From positions 3,808,001 through 3,872,000 of the forward strand of contig OZ255842.1 in assembly GCA_965277805.1 (NCBI GenBank): 64,000 bases of DNA. The letters are read 5' to 3'. A program made the position numbers and the translations under genes. This DNA is from Candidatus Lustribacter sp. GTDB taxonomy: Bacteria; Vulcanimicrobiota; Vulcanimicrobiia; Vulcanimicrobiales; Vulcanimicrobiaceae. The notes beneath the pieces are model-generated. The model searched no databases. It was not told the origin of the DNA and saw only the letters and a program-made list of their open reading frames with translations. This document shows, piece by piece, positions 29,784 to 39,204 of the stretch. Positions within the stretch are counted from its first letter, which is position 1. Every line of letters begins with the position of its first letter.

Positions 29784-30537
29784 GGACTTCATCACCTAAG
29801 TAGATGCGGCGAACTTCAGGATCGGCAGCGATTTCGGCCGGCGTGCCTTCGCACAAAATACGGCCGGCGACGAGCACCGTGATGCGTTCGGCGAAGCGGA
29901 AAACGAGATCGATGTCGTGCTCGATGAAGAGCACCGCGATGTCGTCGGGCAGCGATGAGATCACGTGCAAGATCTCGCCGCTCTGCTGCTGCGGCACCCC
30001 GGCCGCCGGTTCGTCGAGCAGCAGCACCTTCGGCCGGGCCGCTAGCGCGAGCGCGATCTCGAGCAAACGCTGACGGCCGTACGCGAGTTGCGCGGTCGGC
30101 CGGTCGCAGTCCTCATCGAGATGGAGCTGCTCGAGAATCGTATACGCTTCGTCGATCGCGTCGTGCGAGCGTTTGAGGCTGCGCCAGAGCGAGGCGCCGA
30201 TCCCGCGCCGTTGACAGACGACCATCGTCACGGCTTCGATCGGCGTCAGCCGCGGGAAGAGCGTGTTGATCTGGAACGTGCGCGTCAGCCCACGCAGCAC
30301 GCGCTTGTCGGCGGTTAGGCCGGTCACGTCCTCGCCTTCGAGCACGATCTTGCCCGAGGTCGGCGCGAGCGCACCGCCGATCACGTTGATCAGGGTCGTC
30401 TTGCCCGAACCGTTGGGGCCGATCAGCGCATGGCGGCAGCCGCGCGGCAGCGTAAAGTTGACCTCGCGCAGTACCCGCAGGGCGCCGAAGTTCTTGCATA
30501 GCTCGATCGTCGCGAGCGCATCGCCGGACGGGTTCAC
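29776..30537 (-). CDS. LivG-type ABC ATPase
   Basis: GPNGSGKTT, RTFQ, LAYGRQR, LLDEPAAG. Confidence 0.93.
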   Translation of the reverse strand: MNPSGDALATIELCKNFGALRVLREVNFTLPRGCRHALIGPNGSGKTTLINVIGGALAPTSGKIVLEGEDVTGLTADKRVLRGLTRTFQINTLFPRLTPIEAVTMVVCQRRGIGASLWRSLKRSHDAIDEAYTILEQLHLDEDCDRPTAQLAYGRQRLLEIALALAARPKVLLLDEPAAGVPQQQSGEILHVISSLPDDIAVLFIEHDIDLVFRFAERITVLVAGRILCEGTPAEIAADPEVRRIYLGDEVHV

Positions 30538-31565
30538 GCTTTGTTCCGTTTCGAGCGGATCCACACGACCAGCCGGTCGACGCCGCCGATCAGACCGCCG
30601 CGCGCGAACAGCACGAACAGCACGAGCAACAGGCCGACCCAGAAGTTCCAATAGACGGGATTGAGATCGGAGAGGCGGTCTTGCGCGACCATGTAGGCCG
30701 CGGCGCCGACGAGCGCGCCGATCAGCGTGCCCATGCCGCCGATCATCACGATGATCAACGCCGCTGCCGAACGGTTGAAGTCGAGCGAGCTGAGCGCGAC
30801 GGTCTGCGTGATCTGGCCGAGCAGCGCGCCGGCGACGCCCGCGAGCGACGCCGAAACGGTGAACGCCACCATATAGCGGTTGCGCAGCGGAATGCCGATG
30901 GCCGGCACGCGCCGCACGTTCTCGCGAATGCCTTTGAGTTCGAGACCGAACGGCGAATTCACGATCCGGCGCGCGACCAGATAGAGCAAGAACACGACGA
31001 CGAACGTGTAGATCACCGCGGTCTTACCGTAGAAGTCGAACGGAAAGATGCCGAAGATCGGCGCGATGTTGATCCCCGAGAGGCCGTCGTCGCCGCCGGT
31101 AATGTTGCGCGCGCTATGCGCGGCTTCGTAGAAGAACTGTCCGACGCCGAGCGTGATCATGATCAGCGCGATGCCGGTCAGGCGCGACACGACGACGCTT
31201 AGGATGAGTCCCGCGATACCCGCCACGATTGCGGCCAAGACCAGGCCGCTGAGCGGTTCGGTCCAACCCGAGCGCGCGAGCAGCCCGGCCGTATAGGCAC
31301 CGATGCCGAAGAATGCGGCGTGCCCGAGCGACGGTATGCCCGCGTAGCCCACCAGTAAGTCGAACGACAGCGCGAACAGTCCGGTGATCAGGACCTGTGC
31401 GATCAGCACGAGATGCGTTGGGAAGACGACGATCGCGACCGCCGCGGCAATCCAAAACGCGATCTCTTCCCAGCGCCAGCGGCTGGTAAACGCGAAGACC
31501 TTGTGCGCCCGGTCTTGGGAGGTCGTGGCCGGCGCGGGCGGCGCCGGAATTTCTATAGCGGTCAT
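30534..31565 (-). CDS. LivM-type ABC permease
   Basis: SLGHAAFFGIGAY, TGGDDG, SPFG...IREN. Confidence 0.93.
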   Translation of the reverse strand: MTAIEIPAPPAPATTSQDRAHKVFAFTSRWRWEEIAFWIAAAVAIVVFPTHLVLIAQVLITGLFALSFDLLVGYAGIPSLGHAAFFGIGAYTAGLLARSGWTEPLSGLVLAAIVAGIAGLILSVVVSRLTGIALIMITLGVGQFFYEAAHSARNITGGDDGLSGINIAPIFGIFPFDFYGKTAVIYTFVVVFLLYLVARRIVNSPFGLELKGIRENVRRVPAIGIPLRNRYMVAFTVSASLAGVAGALLGQITQTVALSSLDFNRSAAALIIVMIGGMGTLIGALVGAAAYMVAQDRLSDLNPVYWNFWVGLLLVLFVLFARGGLIGGVDRLVVWIRSKRNKA

Positions 31566-32431
31566 GCTTTAGCAAACAATCCGTGCGGACGCCAGAAGAG
31601 AACGATGATGGTCAGCGCGTAGATGATGAACGGGCCGGTCTGCGGGATGTAATACTTGCCCGCAACGTCGACGATGCCCAGCAGCAATGCGGCGCCGAGC
31701 GCGCCCTTCATCGAGCCGTGACCGCCGAGCGTCACCACGATCAGAACGTACACCAAGAAATCGGTTGCGAACGTCGGGCTGAGGCCGACGAGGTTGACGC
31801 TGAGCGCGCCACCGAGCCCGGCTAGCGCGCTGCCGATGAAGAACGCCAGCATGAACAGCCGGTCGACGTTGATGCCGCAGCTCGCGGTCACGCGCCGGTT
31901 GTCGACCGCCGCGCGCACTTTCGCGCCGAAGCTCGTGCTGTCGATGCCCCAGATCAGCGCCCACACGACGAGGCCGCCGGCAACGATCAGGAACAAGCGG
32001 TACACGTCGATGTCGAAGCTGCCGACTTGAATGCTGCCGCTCAGATAGGGCGGCATCCGTACCGGCTGGTTGACGGAACCCCAGATGAACGTTACCGCCG
32101 CCACCGACATCGACACGATGCCGACCGTCAGCATGATCTGATACAGTTGCGAGACGTTGTAGAAACGCCGGAACAGCACCCGTTCGAGCACCCCCGCGAA
32201 GAGCGCGGTCACGAGCGCGGCCACCGGCAGCGTGACCAGGAACGGCCAGCCGTAGCTGTTCATCAGCGTCACCGCAACGTAGCCACCGAGCATCGCAAAC
32301 GCGGCGTGCGCGAGGTTCGCAAACCGCATCAAACCTTGCGTTACCGCAAGGCCGGCCGACATCAGGAACAGCAGCACGCCGTACGCGACGCCGGAGAAAA
32401 CGATGTAGAGAAGGTTGCCGACGTAGTTCAT
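31562..32431 (-). CDS. LivH-type ABC permease
   Basis: NLAHAAFAMLGGY, FGAKVRA, LGGHGS. Confidence 0.93.
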   Translation of the reverse strand: MNYVGNLLYIVFSGVAYGVLLFLMSAGLAVTQGLMRFANLAHAAFAMLGGYVAVTLMNSYGWPFLVTLPVAALVTALFAGVLERVLFRRFYNVSQLYQIMLTVGIVSMSVAAVTFIWGSVNQPVRMPPYLSGSIQVGSFDIDVYRLFLIVAGGLVVWALIWGIDSTSFGAKVRAAVDNRRVTASCGINVDRLFMLAFFIGSALAGLGGALSVNLVGLSPTFATDFLVYVLIVVTLGGHGSMKGALGAALLLGIVDVAGKYYIPQTGPFIIYALTIIVLFWRPHGLFAKA

Positions 32432-33606
32432 GGATGCTCGCTCGGATCCTTAACCATCGGGTAGGTGTCGATCTCGGTGTTCACGAGCTGACCGCCTTTG
32501 AGTTCGGTTTTTCGGATGTACACGTTCTGCACGATATCGCGCGTGTCGGGATCGATCGCGATCGGACCGCGCGGGCTCTCGAATTTGAGCTGCTTCACGA
32601 GCTCCATCGTCTTATCCGGATCGATCTGACCCTTCTGCGCGGCGAGCACCTTGTACATCGCTTGGAACGCGTCGTACGTCCCGACCCCGCCGAACGTCGG
32701 CGGCAAGCCGCCGGACTGCGCTTTGAACGCCGCGACGAAATCGCGATTCATTTTCGAATCATGCGCGCCGGAGTAGTTCATCGTGCTGATCACGCCGATC
32801 GCCGCATCGCCGATCGCCGGCAGCACTTGTTCGGTGAGCAGATCGCCCGAGCAAAAAATCTTGATCCCGGCTTTATCGAAGCCGGCGGCCTTCGCTTGTT
32901 TGAGGAACGCCGTGCCGGAACCGCTGGCGTTGAGGAAGATGTACACGCCGTCGGGATGCGCGTCTTTCATGCGCTGCAGGTAGGCCGAAAAATCTTCGGC
33001 GTTCACCGGCACGCGGATTTCGCCGGCCACTTTGCCGCCGGCCGCCGTGAACGTGTTCTCGAACGTTTGTCCCGAGTCGATCCCCGGACCGTAGTCCATG
33101 AAGATGACGTACATGTTGCGCATGCCGATCTTGTAGGCATATTGCGCCAACGGCACCGTGACTTGTGTGGCGGTCATGCTGTAGCGGCTCATGTAGGGGT
33201 TCTTGGCCATGATGCCCGAGGTCGTGGCGTTGACGACGAACACCGGCATCTTGGCTTGCGTCGAAACGCCGCCGACCGCAATGGCATTGGGCGTGAAGAT
33301 CAAGCCGGCGAGAAGGTCGACGTGCTGCTGCACGATCAGTTCTTGCGCGAGCCGCTTCGCGTTGTCGGGCGCGATGCCGCCGTCGTCGCGTTCGATGATC
33401 TCGACTTTGCGGCCGTTGATCGTATCGCCGTGCTGCTTCTGGAAGAGCGCGACCACGTCGTTGAATTCTTTGCCTGCCGTGCCGCCGGCGCCGGAGAACG
33501 AATAGACGACGCCGATTCTGATCGGCGCTTGCTGTCCGAGGACCGCATCGCCGCCGAGCAGCAGCATCGCGAACGCCAAAATAACGGCAAAGCGACATCG
33601 ATTCAT
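32428..33606 (-). CDS. Liv-type ABC substrate-binding protein (aromatic-acid-binding subgroup)
   Basis: Signal peptide; IRIGV, RKVEIIERDD, FTPNA, DYGPG, ESPRGP. Confidence 0.9.
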   Translation of the reverse strand: MNRCRFAVILAFAMLLLGGDAVLGQQAPIRIGVVYSFSGAGGTAGKEFNDVVALFQKQHGDTINGRKVEIIERDDGGIAPDNAKRLAQELIVQQHVDLLAGLIFTPNAIAVGGVSTQAKMPVFVVNATTSGIMAKNPYMSRYSMTATQVTVPLAQYAYKIGMRNMYVIFMDYGPGIDSGQTFENTFTAAGGKVAGEIRVPVNAEDFSAYLQRMKDAHPDGVYIFLNASGSGTAFLKQAKAAGFDKAGIKIFCSGDLLTEQVLPAIGDAAIGVISTMNYSGAHDSKMNRDFVAAFKAQSGGLPPTFGGVGTYDAFQAMYKVLAAQKGQIDPDKTMELVKQLKFESPRGPIAIDPDTRDIVQNVYIRKTELKGGQLVNTEIDTYPMVKDPSEHP

Positions 33607-34577
33607 TACGCCGATCCTCCGGGAACCGCGGCCGTGGTGGCCCGTGTGATTGGGGAGACGGAAATTTTCTTCCTGTCCGCGGGCGGACGCCGGTCGCGAT
33701 GTTGCAGCGTCTCGACCAGGAAGTCGCGGAACCTCGCCGTCGCCTGCGGCAGGTAGCGCCCGCGCGCCCACGAGATGCCGAAGGTTCGGAAGCAGCGCGG
33801 CGTGCGAACGGCGAGCGAGGCGGCGTTGACGTCGGCGCTCGGTCCGAGCTTCGGTACGAGCGCAACGCCGAAGCCCGCGCCGACGAGACCCCGCAGCGTC
33901 GCGACCTCTTCGCCTTCGAACGCGATCTCGGGCGCGAAGCCCGCTTCGCGGCACAGGTCGTCGACCGTCTGGCGCAGTCCGTAGCCGGGCTTGAGCGCGA
34001 TGAACGGGTCGCCGGCCAATTCGATCAGGTCGGCCATTTCGCGGCCGGCCAGCCGATGGGTATCGGGAACGAGCGCGACCAGCTCCTCGTCCCAGAGCGG
34101 CAGCCATTCGATCGCCGCATCGGCGAAACGCGGCGATGAGAGGCAGAGGTCGATCTCGCCGCTCATCAGGCGCTGCTGCAAGAGCGGACCGGGACCTTGA
34201 AGCAGCCGGAACTCGGCATCGGGATCGCCGGCGCGAAAGCGCCGGATCGCATCGGGCACCGTGCGGACGCCGAGCGTTGCGTAAAAGCCGAGCGCGATCG
34301 GCCGCGTGCGCCGCGTCTCCGAGAGATCGTGCAGTTCGCGCCGGGCGTCTTCCAGCTCGGCGATCACCCGTTCGACGCGCCGCGCCAGCGCGCGACCGCT
34401 CGCCGTGATGCGGATGCCGCGGCCGTCACGCTCGAAGAGCGCCACCCCGTAATACTGCTCGAGACGCGCGATGCTCCGGCTCAAGGCCGGCTGCGAAATC
34501 GCGAGCACGTCCGCGGCCCGGCCGAAGTGCTCTTCCTTTGCAGCGGCGGCAAAGTAGCGCAACGCGTCGATATCCAT
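33606..34577 (-). CDS. LysR family regulator
   Basis: LRYF...EHFGRAA..L.ISQPALSRSI..LE; GFAPEIAFE. Confidence 0.95.
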   Translation of the reverse strand: MDIDALRYFAAAAKEEHFGRAADVLAISQPALSRSIARLEQYYGVALFERDGRGIRITASGRALARRVERVIAELEDARRELHDLSETRRTRPIALGFYATLGVRTVPDAIRRFRAGDPDAEFRLLQGPGPLLQQRLMSGEIDLCLSSPRFADAAIEWLPLWDEELVALVPDTHRLAGREMADLIELAGDPFIALKPGYGLRQTVDDLCREAGFAPEIAFEGEEVATLRGLVGAGFGVALVPKLGPSADVNAASLAVRTPRCFRTFGISWARGRYLPQATARFRDFLVETLQHRDRRPPADRKKISVSPITRATTAAVPGGSA

Positions 34578-34588
34578 GTTGAACTCTC

Positions 34589-34603
34589 ATGTGCCTAGCG
34601 CAT
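34589..34603. promoter_or_regulatory. Putative LysR recognition box (T-N11-A dyad)
   Basis: ATGTGCCTAGCGCAT between the divergent lysR and amidohydrolase genes. Confidence 0.55.
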
Positions 34604-34683
34604 AAGGACCGCCACGAATCATAACCGCTGCGCACCGATATTGCAAGAAGGTTCCACCACGGCGGCACGCGCATCGAGGGGCG

Positions 34684-35631
34684 ATGCGACTCGACGTGCA
34701 CGCGCACTATTTTTCCAAAGAATACGTAGCGCTCTTGGAGAGCTACGGCTTCGGCGCCGACCGGCTCGAACCGGGATACCGGCTGCTGCACCAAACGCGT
34801 GAGGCCGATTTCGCGGAACGTTTCGCCGCGATGGACCGGGCCCACGTCGACAAGCAGATCCTCTCCGTGTCCGGCGTCTCGCCCTACACGCTCGAAGAGA
34901 AGCACGCGGTCGAGGGTTCGCGTTTCGCAAACGACCTCTACACCGCGCTCGCGCGCGAAATGCCGGCGCGCTTCGCCGCGTTCGCCATCCTGCCGATGCC
35001 CCACGTGAAAGCGGCGCTCGCGGAACTCGCCCGCGCGCTCGACGAACTCGACATGTGGGGCGTCACAATGAACACGTCCATTTTGGGCACGAGCCTTGCC
35101 GATCCGTCGTTCGATCCGATTTACGCGGAACTCGACAAACGCAGCGCCGTGCTGTTCATCCATCCGGCGGGACTCGCGTGCGGCTCGGCCGAGCTCGTTA
35201 CCACCGGCCTCGCCTGGCCGCTCGGCGCGCCGTTCGAGGACTCGATGGCGATCCTCGAACTCTTGCAGGGCGGCTTCACCCAGCGCTTTCCGCGCGTGCG
35301 CGTGATCGTGCCGCATCTCGGCGGAACGTTGCCGTTCCTCATTCAGCGGCTCGATCACATGGCCGGACGCTTCATGGCCGGCAAGGGCGTGCCGCGCGAA
35401 GAGCTGAGCAAATTCTGGTACGACACCGTCAACGGCTACCCGCCGTCGTTACGGCTCGCCATCGAAACGTTCGGGCTCAAGAAGATCGTATTCGGCACCG
35501 ACTGGCCGTTCTGGAAAGGCGAAGCGCATCAGCTCGCGGCCGACTTCGTCACGCAGTCGGGACTCAGCGACGCGGATACCGACGCGATCTTTTCCGGCAA
35601 CGCCCGCGCGCTCTTCGGCGACCGGATCTAG
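34684..35631 (+). CDS. Amidohydrolase_2 family decarboxylase/hydrolase
   Basis: DVHAH, FIHP, PHLGGTLPF, YDT, FGTDWPF. Confidence 0.9.
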   Translation: MRLDVHAHYFSKEYVALLESYGFGADRLEPGYRLLHQTREADFAERFAAMDRAHVDKQILSVSGVSPYTLEEKHAVEGSRFANDLYTALAREMPARFAAFAILPMPHVKAALAELARALDELDMWGVTMNTSILGTSLADPSFDPIYAELDKRSAVLFIHPAGLACGSAELVTTGLAWPLGAPFEDSMAILELLQGGFTQRFPRVRVIVPHLGGTLPFLIQRLDHMAGRFMAGKGVPREELSKFWYDTVNGYPPSLRLAIETFGLKKIVFGTDWPFWKGEAHQLAADFVTQSGLSDADTDAIFSGNARALFGDRI

Positions 35632-37148
35632 CGGGCGACTCCGGCGACGTAGCCGCCGCGCGCGGCGGTGTCGAGGACGAGCCCCCGAATCGCGGCGATG
35701 ACGCGCTCGAACGTCGGCCGGCGATAGGCGAAGTGTTCGTCCGGTGCCGGCGGAAAGACCGCCATCGTGGCGTTCGATTCGTAGAGCAGAATGTTGCCGG
35801 CGGTGTCGCGTCCGAAGTCGATGCCGCCATAATCGAGCGCCATCGTTGCGGCGATCGCTTCGAGCGACGCCATACCGCGCGCGCCGAGCACCGCCGGCAT
35901 ATCGGCCAGAAAAGCCGCTTCTTCCGCGCGATGATCTGCGCGGTCCGCCATATCGGCGGAAAAGTAGTGCACTTTCCAGTGCGGTGAGATCGCCAAGTGC
36001 AGCGGATAGAGTTTGCCGCCGATGAACAGCACGCGATACTTGCGGTACATCTCGTCGGCGCCGCGGCCATCCACGTATGCGATCACGAGCAGTTCGAGAC
36101 CAGGCAGCGTATCGCGCACCGCATCCAGCGCGAGCGGCGTCTGCACCCAGGAAAAATGATTGCCGGTATGATGACCGGGCGAACGCAGCAAGAGCGGAAA
36201 CGTGAAGCCGCGCTTGATCAATTCGTCAGACGTTACGGCGTGGCGCGGCAGCACGAGCGTGCGCGGCGTGATGACGCCCGGGATTTCGGCCAGGCGTTGC
36301 GTAACACTCGCACGGCTCGTGGCGAGCACCGCGTCGGGCTGATTGATCACCGGCGCGCCCGAACGTGCCACGATTTCGCGCGCGACCCGCAACGGTTCGA
36401 GCGACCGGTCGACATCGCCGATGCCGTTGAACACGACGTGATGCGGCGGCAGCTCGAGCCACGGCTGATAGCCTTCGGCGACGAGGGTGTACAGCCGCAC
36501 GACGTTGTTATCGAAGAACGGGTGCGTCACCATGTTGCCGCCGTGTGCGGCCAGGAGCAGCAGGACGTCGACCGGTTCCGTCTTCCCGAAATACGGCGAC
36601 ACCAGCACGATCGGTTTCACGAATGCCAACTGGCGGTGCTTGAGCGCCGAATCGTGATCGCCGGTGTGCCGGTAGAACTCGGAGAGCGCGAAGTGCAGGT
36701 TCGAGTGATCGGAACGTACGCGCAGGCCGGCGCGATACGTCGACTCGGCCGCGGCGTTCTCGCCGTCTTCGAATAAAATATTGCCGAGGTTGACGTAGCC
36801 CATCGGCTCCTCGGGATGTTCGACCACGGCCTTGGTGTAGAGCGCGCGCGCGACGACGTATTGCTGGTGCATGTGCAGCAGCGAACCGAGGTTGGTCAAC
36901 GCGCCGAAATTCACCGGGTCGCGCTTGAGGACGTCGGCGTAGGCGTACTTGGCGGCATCGTAGCGCGCGAGATCTTCTAAGCAACAGGCGCGGGCAAAGC
37001 GCAGCTTGACGTCGTCGGGGTGGGCTTCGATCAGCGCATCGATGCGCGTCAGCGCTTCTTCCCCGGCGAAGGGCTGCGCGCTGACACGCATCGACTGCGT
37101 GACGTGACGCGGCACCGGTTCTGGCGATCCGGCGGTCTCGGGTTCCAT
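35628..37148 (-). CDS. TPR protein with C-terminal ATP-grasp (RimK/GshB-like) domain
   Basis: N-terminal TPRs (ALTNLG, YVNLG); FPLLLRSPGHHTG, YRKYRV, LDYGGIDF, ESNATM. Confidence 0.8.
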   Translation of the reverse strand: MEPETAGSPEPVPRHVTQSMRVSAQPFAGEEALTRIDALIEAHPDDVKLRFARACCLEDLARYDAAKYAYADVLKRDPVNFGALTNLGSLLHMHQQYVVARALYTKAVVEHPEEPMGYVNLGNILFEDGENAAAESTYRAGLRVRSDHSNLHFALSEFYRHTGDHDSALKHRQLAFVKPIVLVSPYFGKTEPVDVLLLLAAHGGNMVTHPFFDNNVVRLYTLVAEGYQPWLELPPHHVVFNGIGDVDRSLEPLRVAREIVARSGAPVINQPDAVLATSRASVTQRLAEIPGVITPRTLVLPRHAVTSDELIKRGFTFPLLLRSPGHHTGNHFSWVQTPLALDAVRDTLPGLELLVIAYVDGRGADEMYRKYRVLFIGGKLYPLHLAISPHWKVHYFSADMADRADHRAEEAAFLADMPAVLGARGMASLEAIAATMALDYGGIDFGRDTAGNILLYESNATMAVFPPAPDEHFAYRRPTFERVIAAIRGLVLDTAARGGYVAGVAR

Positions 37149-37180
37149 CAATTGATCATCGGCGCCCGGAGGCGCCGGGA

Positions 37181-37540
37181 TTACGCGTCGAGCGAGCGGG
37201 CGCCCGTAAAGGTGAAGATCGGTTCGCGTTCACCGGAGAAGAACGCCATCATGTCCGAGACCATCGCCCGGCAGCTGTCCACCGTCATCTGGTAGCGGCG
37301 TTCGGCCGTGCGGCGGTAGATCGCGGAAACCTGCTCACCGCTGACGCCGTCGAGCGTGGGCGCATCGACGAACGTTGCCATGGCGGCGCCGTCCGCTTGC
37401 TGAGCCACGATGATCGTTTGCCCTTCGTAGGACCAGTGCACCACGTTGCCGTCACGCCAGAGCGTGAGGTTGTCGCCGAAACTGGAAAAGAGCGGCGCGG
37501 CCGCAGCGGCAAGACTTGAGGAGGACGAGGCACTGATCAC
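37181..37540 (-). CDS. Hypothetical protein (Ser/Ala-rich N-terminus)
   Basis: GTG preceded by AGGA; host-like codon usage; no family recognised. Confidence 0.6.
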   Translation of the reverse strand: MISASSSSSLAAAAAPLFSSFGDNLTLWRDGNVVHWSYEGQTIIVAQQADGAAMATFVDAPTLDGVSGEQVSAIYRRTAERRYQMTVDSCRAMVSDMMAFFSGEREPIFTFTGARSLDA

Positions 37541-37674
37541 GTTCCTAAGCTTACGGCCTGGGAACGGCCGGAGCACCGGCCACGTGGTTAGCCTAAAGGC
37601 CCAAAAACTAGAAAACGGTCGCATCCGCCCGATAGGGTGGAGACGGCCGTTCTTCTATTTACCGGGGGCGGCGC

Positions 37675-37932
37675 TCAGCGAAGGTGCTGGGCGATCGTCT
37701 CGCCGACGATTTCGGGCGCGCCGGCCGGTTGCTGAAAGGCAACCGACATTTTCTCGCCGTTATCGAAGGTGATCGTGGCAGCCGATTCGCTGCTGTCCAG
37801 CGAGGCGACGACGTCGCCGGCATTGCTGACCCAGTGCGCGGAGTCCCACGACAGTTCTTGCGTGCGGACTTGGCGGCCGAGGCGGGCGTGGACCTGATCG
37901 TTAACCGAGTCGATCCATTGATCGAAATTCAT
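37675..37932 (-). CDS. Hypothetical protein, 85 aa
   Basis: AGGAG SD before ATG; host-like codon usage. Confidence 0.65.
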   Translation of the reverse strand: MNFDQWIDSVNDQVHARLGRQVRTQELSWDSAHWVSNAGDVVASLDSSESAATITFDNGEKMSVAFQQPAGAPEIVGETIAQHLR

Positions 37933-38173
37933 CTCTACTCCTGAGATCGTTGTCCCTTTGGACAAGACCATCGCAAGCATACAACCGCTCCTGGCCAATT
38001 GCAAGACCCAAGTGGGTCTTTTTCGTGTATTTGCTATCCAGATGGATAACACGTGAGGCGCGTCACCGGGAGCGAGCGACATTGGTCGGATGCAAAGCCT
38101 CATTTAGATAACGTTTTGCCCCTTGCGAACGTTGCTGCCCGTCGTGAAGGGCCGGCGCTATGGAAGCCATCCC

Positions 38174-38911
38174 GTGATCCAGGCGGTCGGGACCCGCTCT
38201 CCGGTGCCGTCCACTCAAGCCACCTTGACTGTGCGTTTGGCCGATTGGCCATCCGTACAGTTGCCGGCGGACGCCATCGCGCCGGCGCGACCCCAGCCGG
38301 CCGTCGGGCCGCTCGCGCCGGCCGCCCCGGTCGTGCGGCACGTCCCGGCCGGGCCCGCGGTGGCTTTACGGACGAGCCCGGCGGCAGCGGCCCGGATCGC
38401 CGCCGGCCTCCACCAGATCCGCACCGTCGACGGCCGGCCGCTAGCGTACCCGAGCCAGGATCTGCGGGCGATCGAATCGGCCGACCCGCACGAGCACGGC
38501 CAGACGCACGGCCTGACCGAGCACGTCGGCAACGACCTGGCGGCCGACATCCGGCGCCTGCAAGACGAGCCGCAGATCCGGGCCGCCGGCGGCTATACAG
38601 ATGAAGCATGTGCGCAGCTGGCCACCGATCGCACGATCGCGAACCCGGCGAACCAGCGCGCCATCGCCGCCTTCCTCGCCGATCCCGAGCGCTTGAGGAC
38701 GGCGCTCGAGCGGGTCGATGCCGGCCGGACGGTCGGCACGACGGCCACCCGCGCCGATCTGGAAGCTGGACGACCGGTGCTCATCCCGGGACGAACCGCG
38801 ACGGTCGTCCTCATCAAAGACCGCACCTTTCCCGAAGGCTACCGCGTGCTCACCACCTATCCGGATACCCGGCCCGCCGAGGTCGATGCCCGAGGGAGTC
38901 GCCAACAATGA
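38174..38911 (+). CDS. CdiA-CT RNase A-like toxin domain protein without a recognisable delivery domain
   Basis: HGLTEHVG...RRL, GGYTD...AQ, VVL...GYRVLTTYP. Start is uncertain. Confidence 0.75.
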   Translation: MIQAVGTRSPVPSTQATLTVRLADWPSVQLPADAIAPARPQPAVGPLAPAAPVVRHVPAGPAVALRTSPAAAARIAAGLHQIRTVDGRPLAYPSQDLRAIESADPHEHGQTHGLTEHVGNDLAADIRRLQDEPQIRAAGGYTDEACAQLATDRTIANPANQRAIAAFLADPERLRTALERVDAGRTVGTTATRADLEAGRPVLIPGRTATVVLIKDRTFPEGYRVLTTYPDTRPAEVDARGSRQQ

Positions 38912-39204
38912 TCCACGTGGAAACCGCCGTCTATCCCGAACTGCGCCAGCTCTTCGGCGCCTACCTCAACGCCGAGTTCGCCGCGCAGTACGGCACCGTC
39001 GCCGCGGCGCTCGCGGCCTATGTGCGCGAAACGGGTCCGGGCCACCGCGCGGCGGCCTGCGCCGAACTGGATCGCCTTACCGCCGCGCCGGGCGCGCTCA
39101 CGCGGCTGGATGCCGCGCTGACGGCGCTCGGCTGCGAAGTTGCGCTGGCGAATGCCGGCGAGGCTTGGGGGTTAGCGGCGACGATTAGGCGCGCAATCAG
39201 TTGA
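38908..39204 (+). CDS. CdiI-type immunity protein
   Basis: YPELRQLFGAYLN..F, AYVRE, AELDRL; 98 aa; ATGA overlap with the toxin stop. Confidence 0.75.
   Translation: MIHVETAVYPELRQLFGAYLNAEFAAQYGTVAAALAAYVRETGPGHRAAACAELDRLTAAPGALTRLDAALTALGCEVALANAGEAWGLAATIRRAIS

Noticed and set aside
37609-37635. TAGA-N15-CCCGATAG sigma28-like promoter
   Set aside because: Several mismatches and no plausible gene downstream on that strand.
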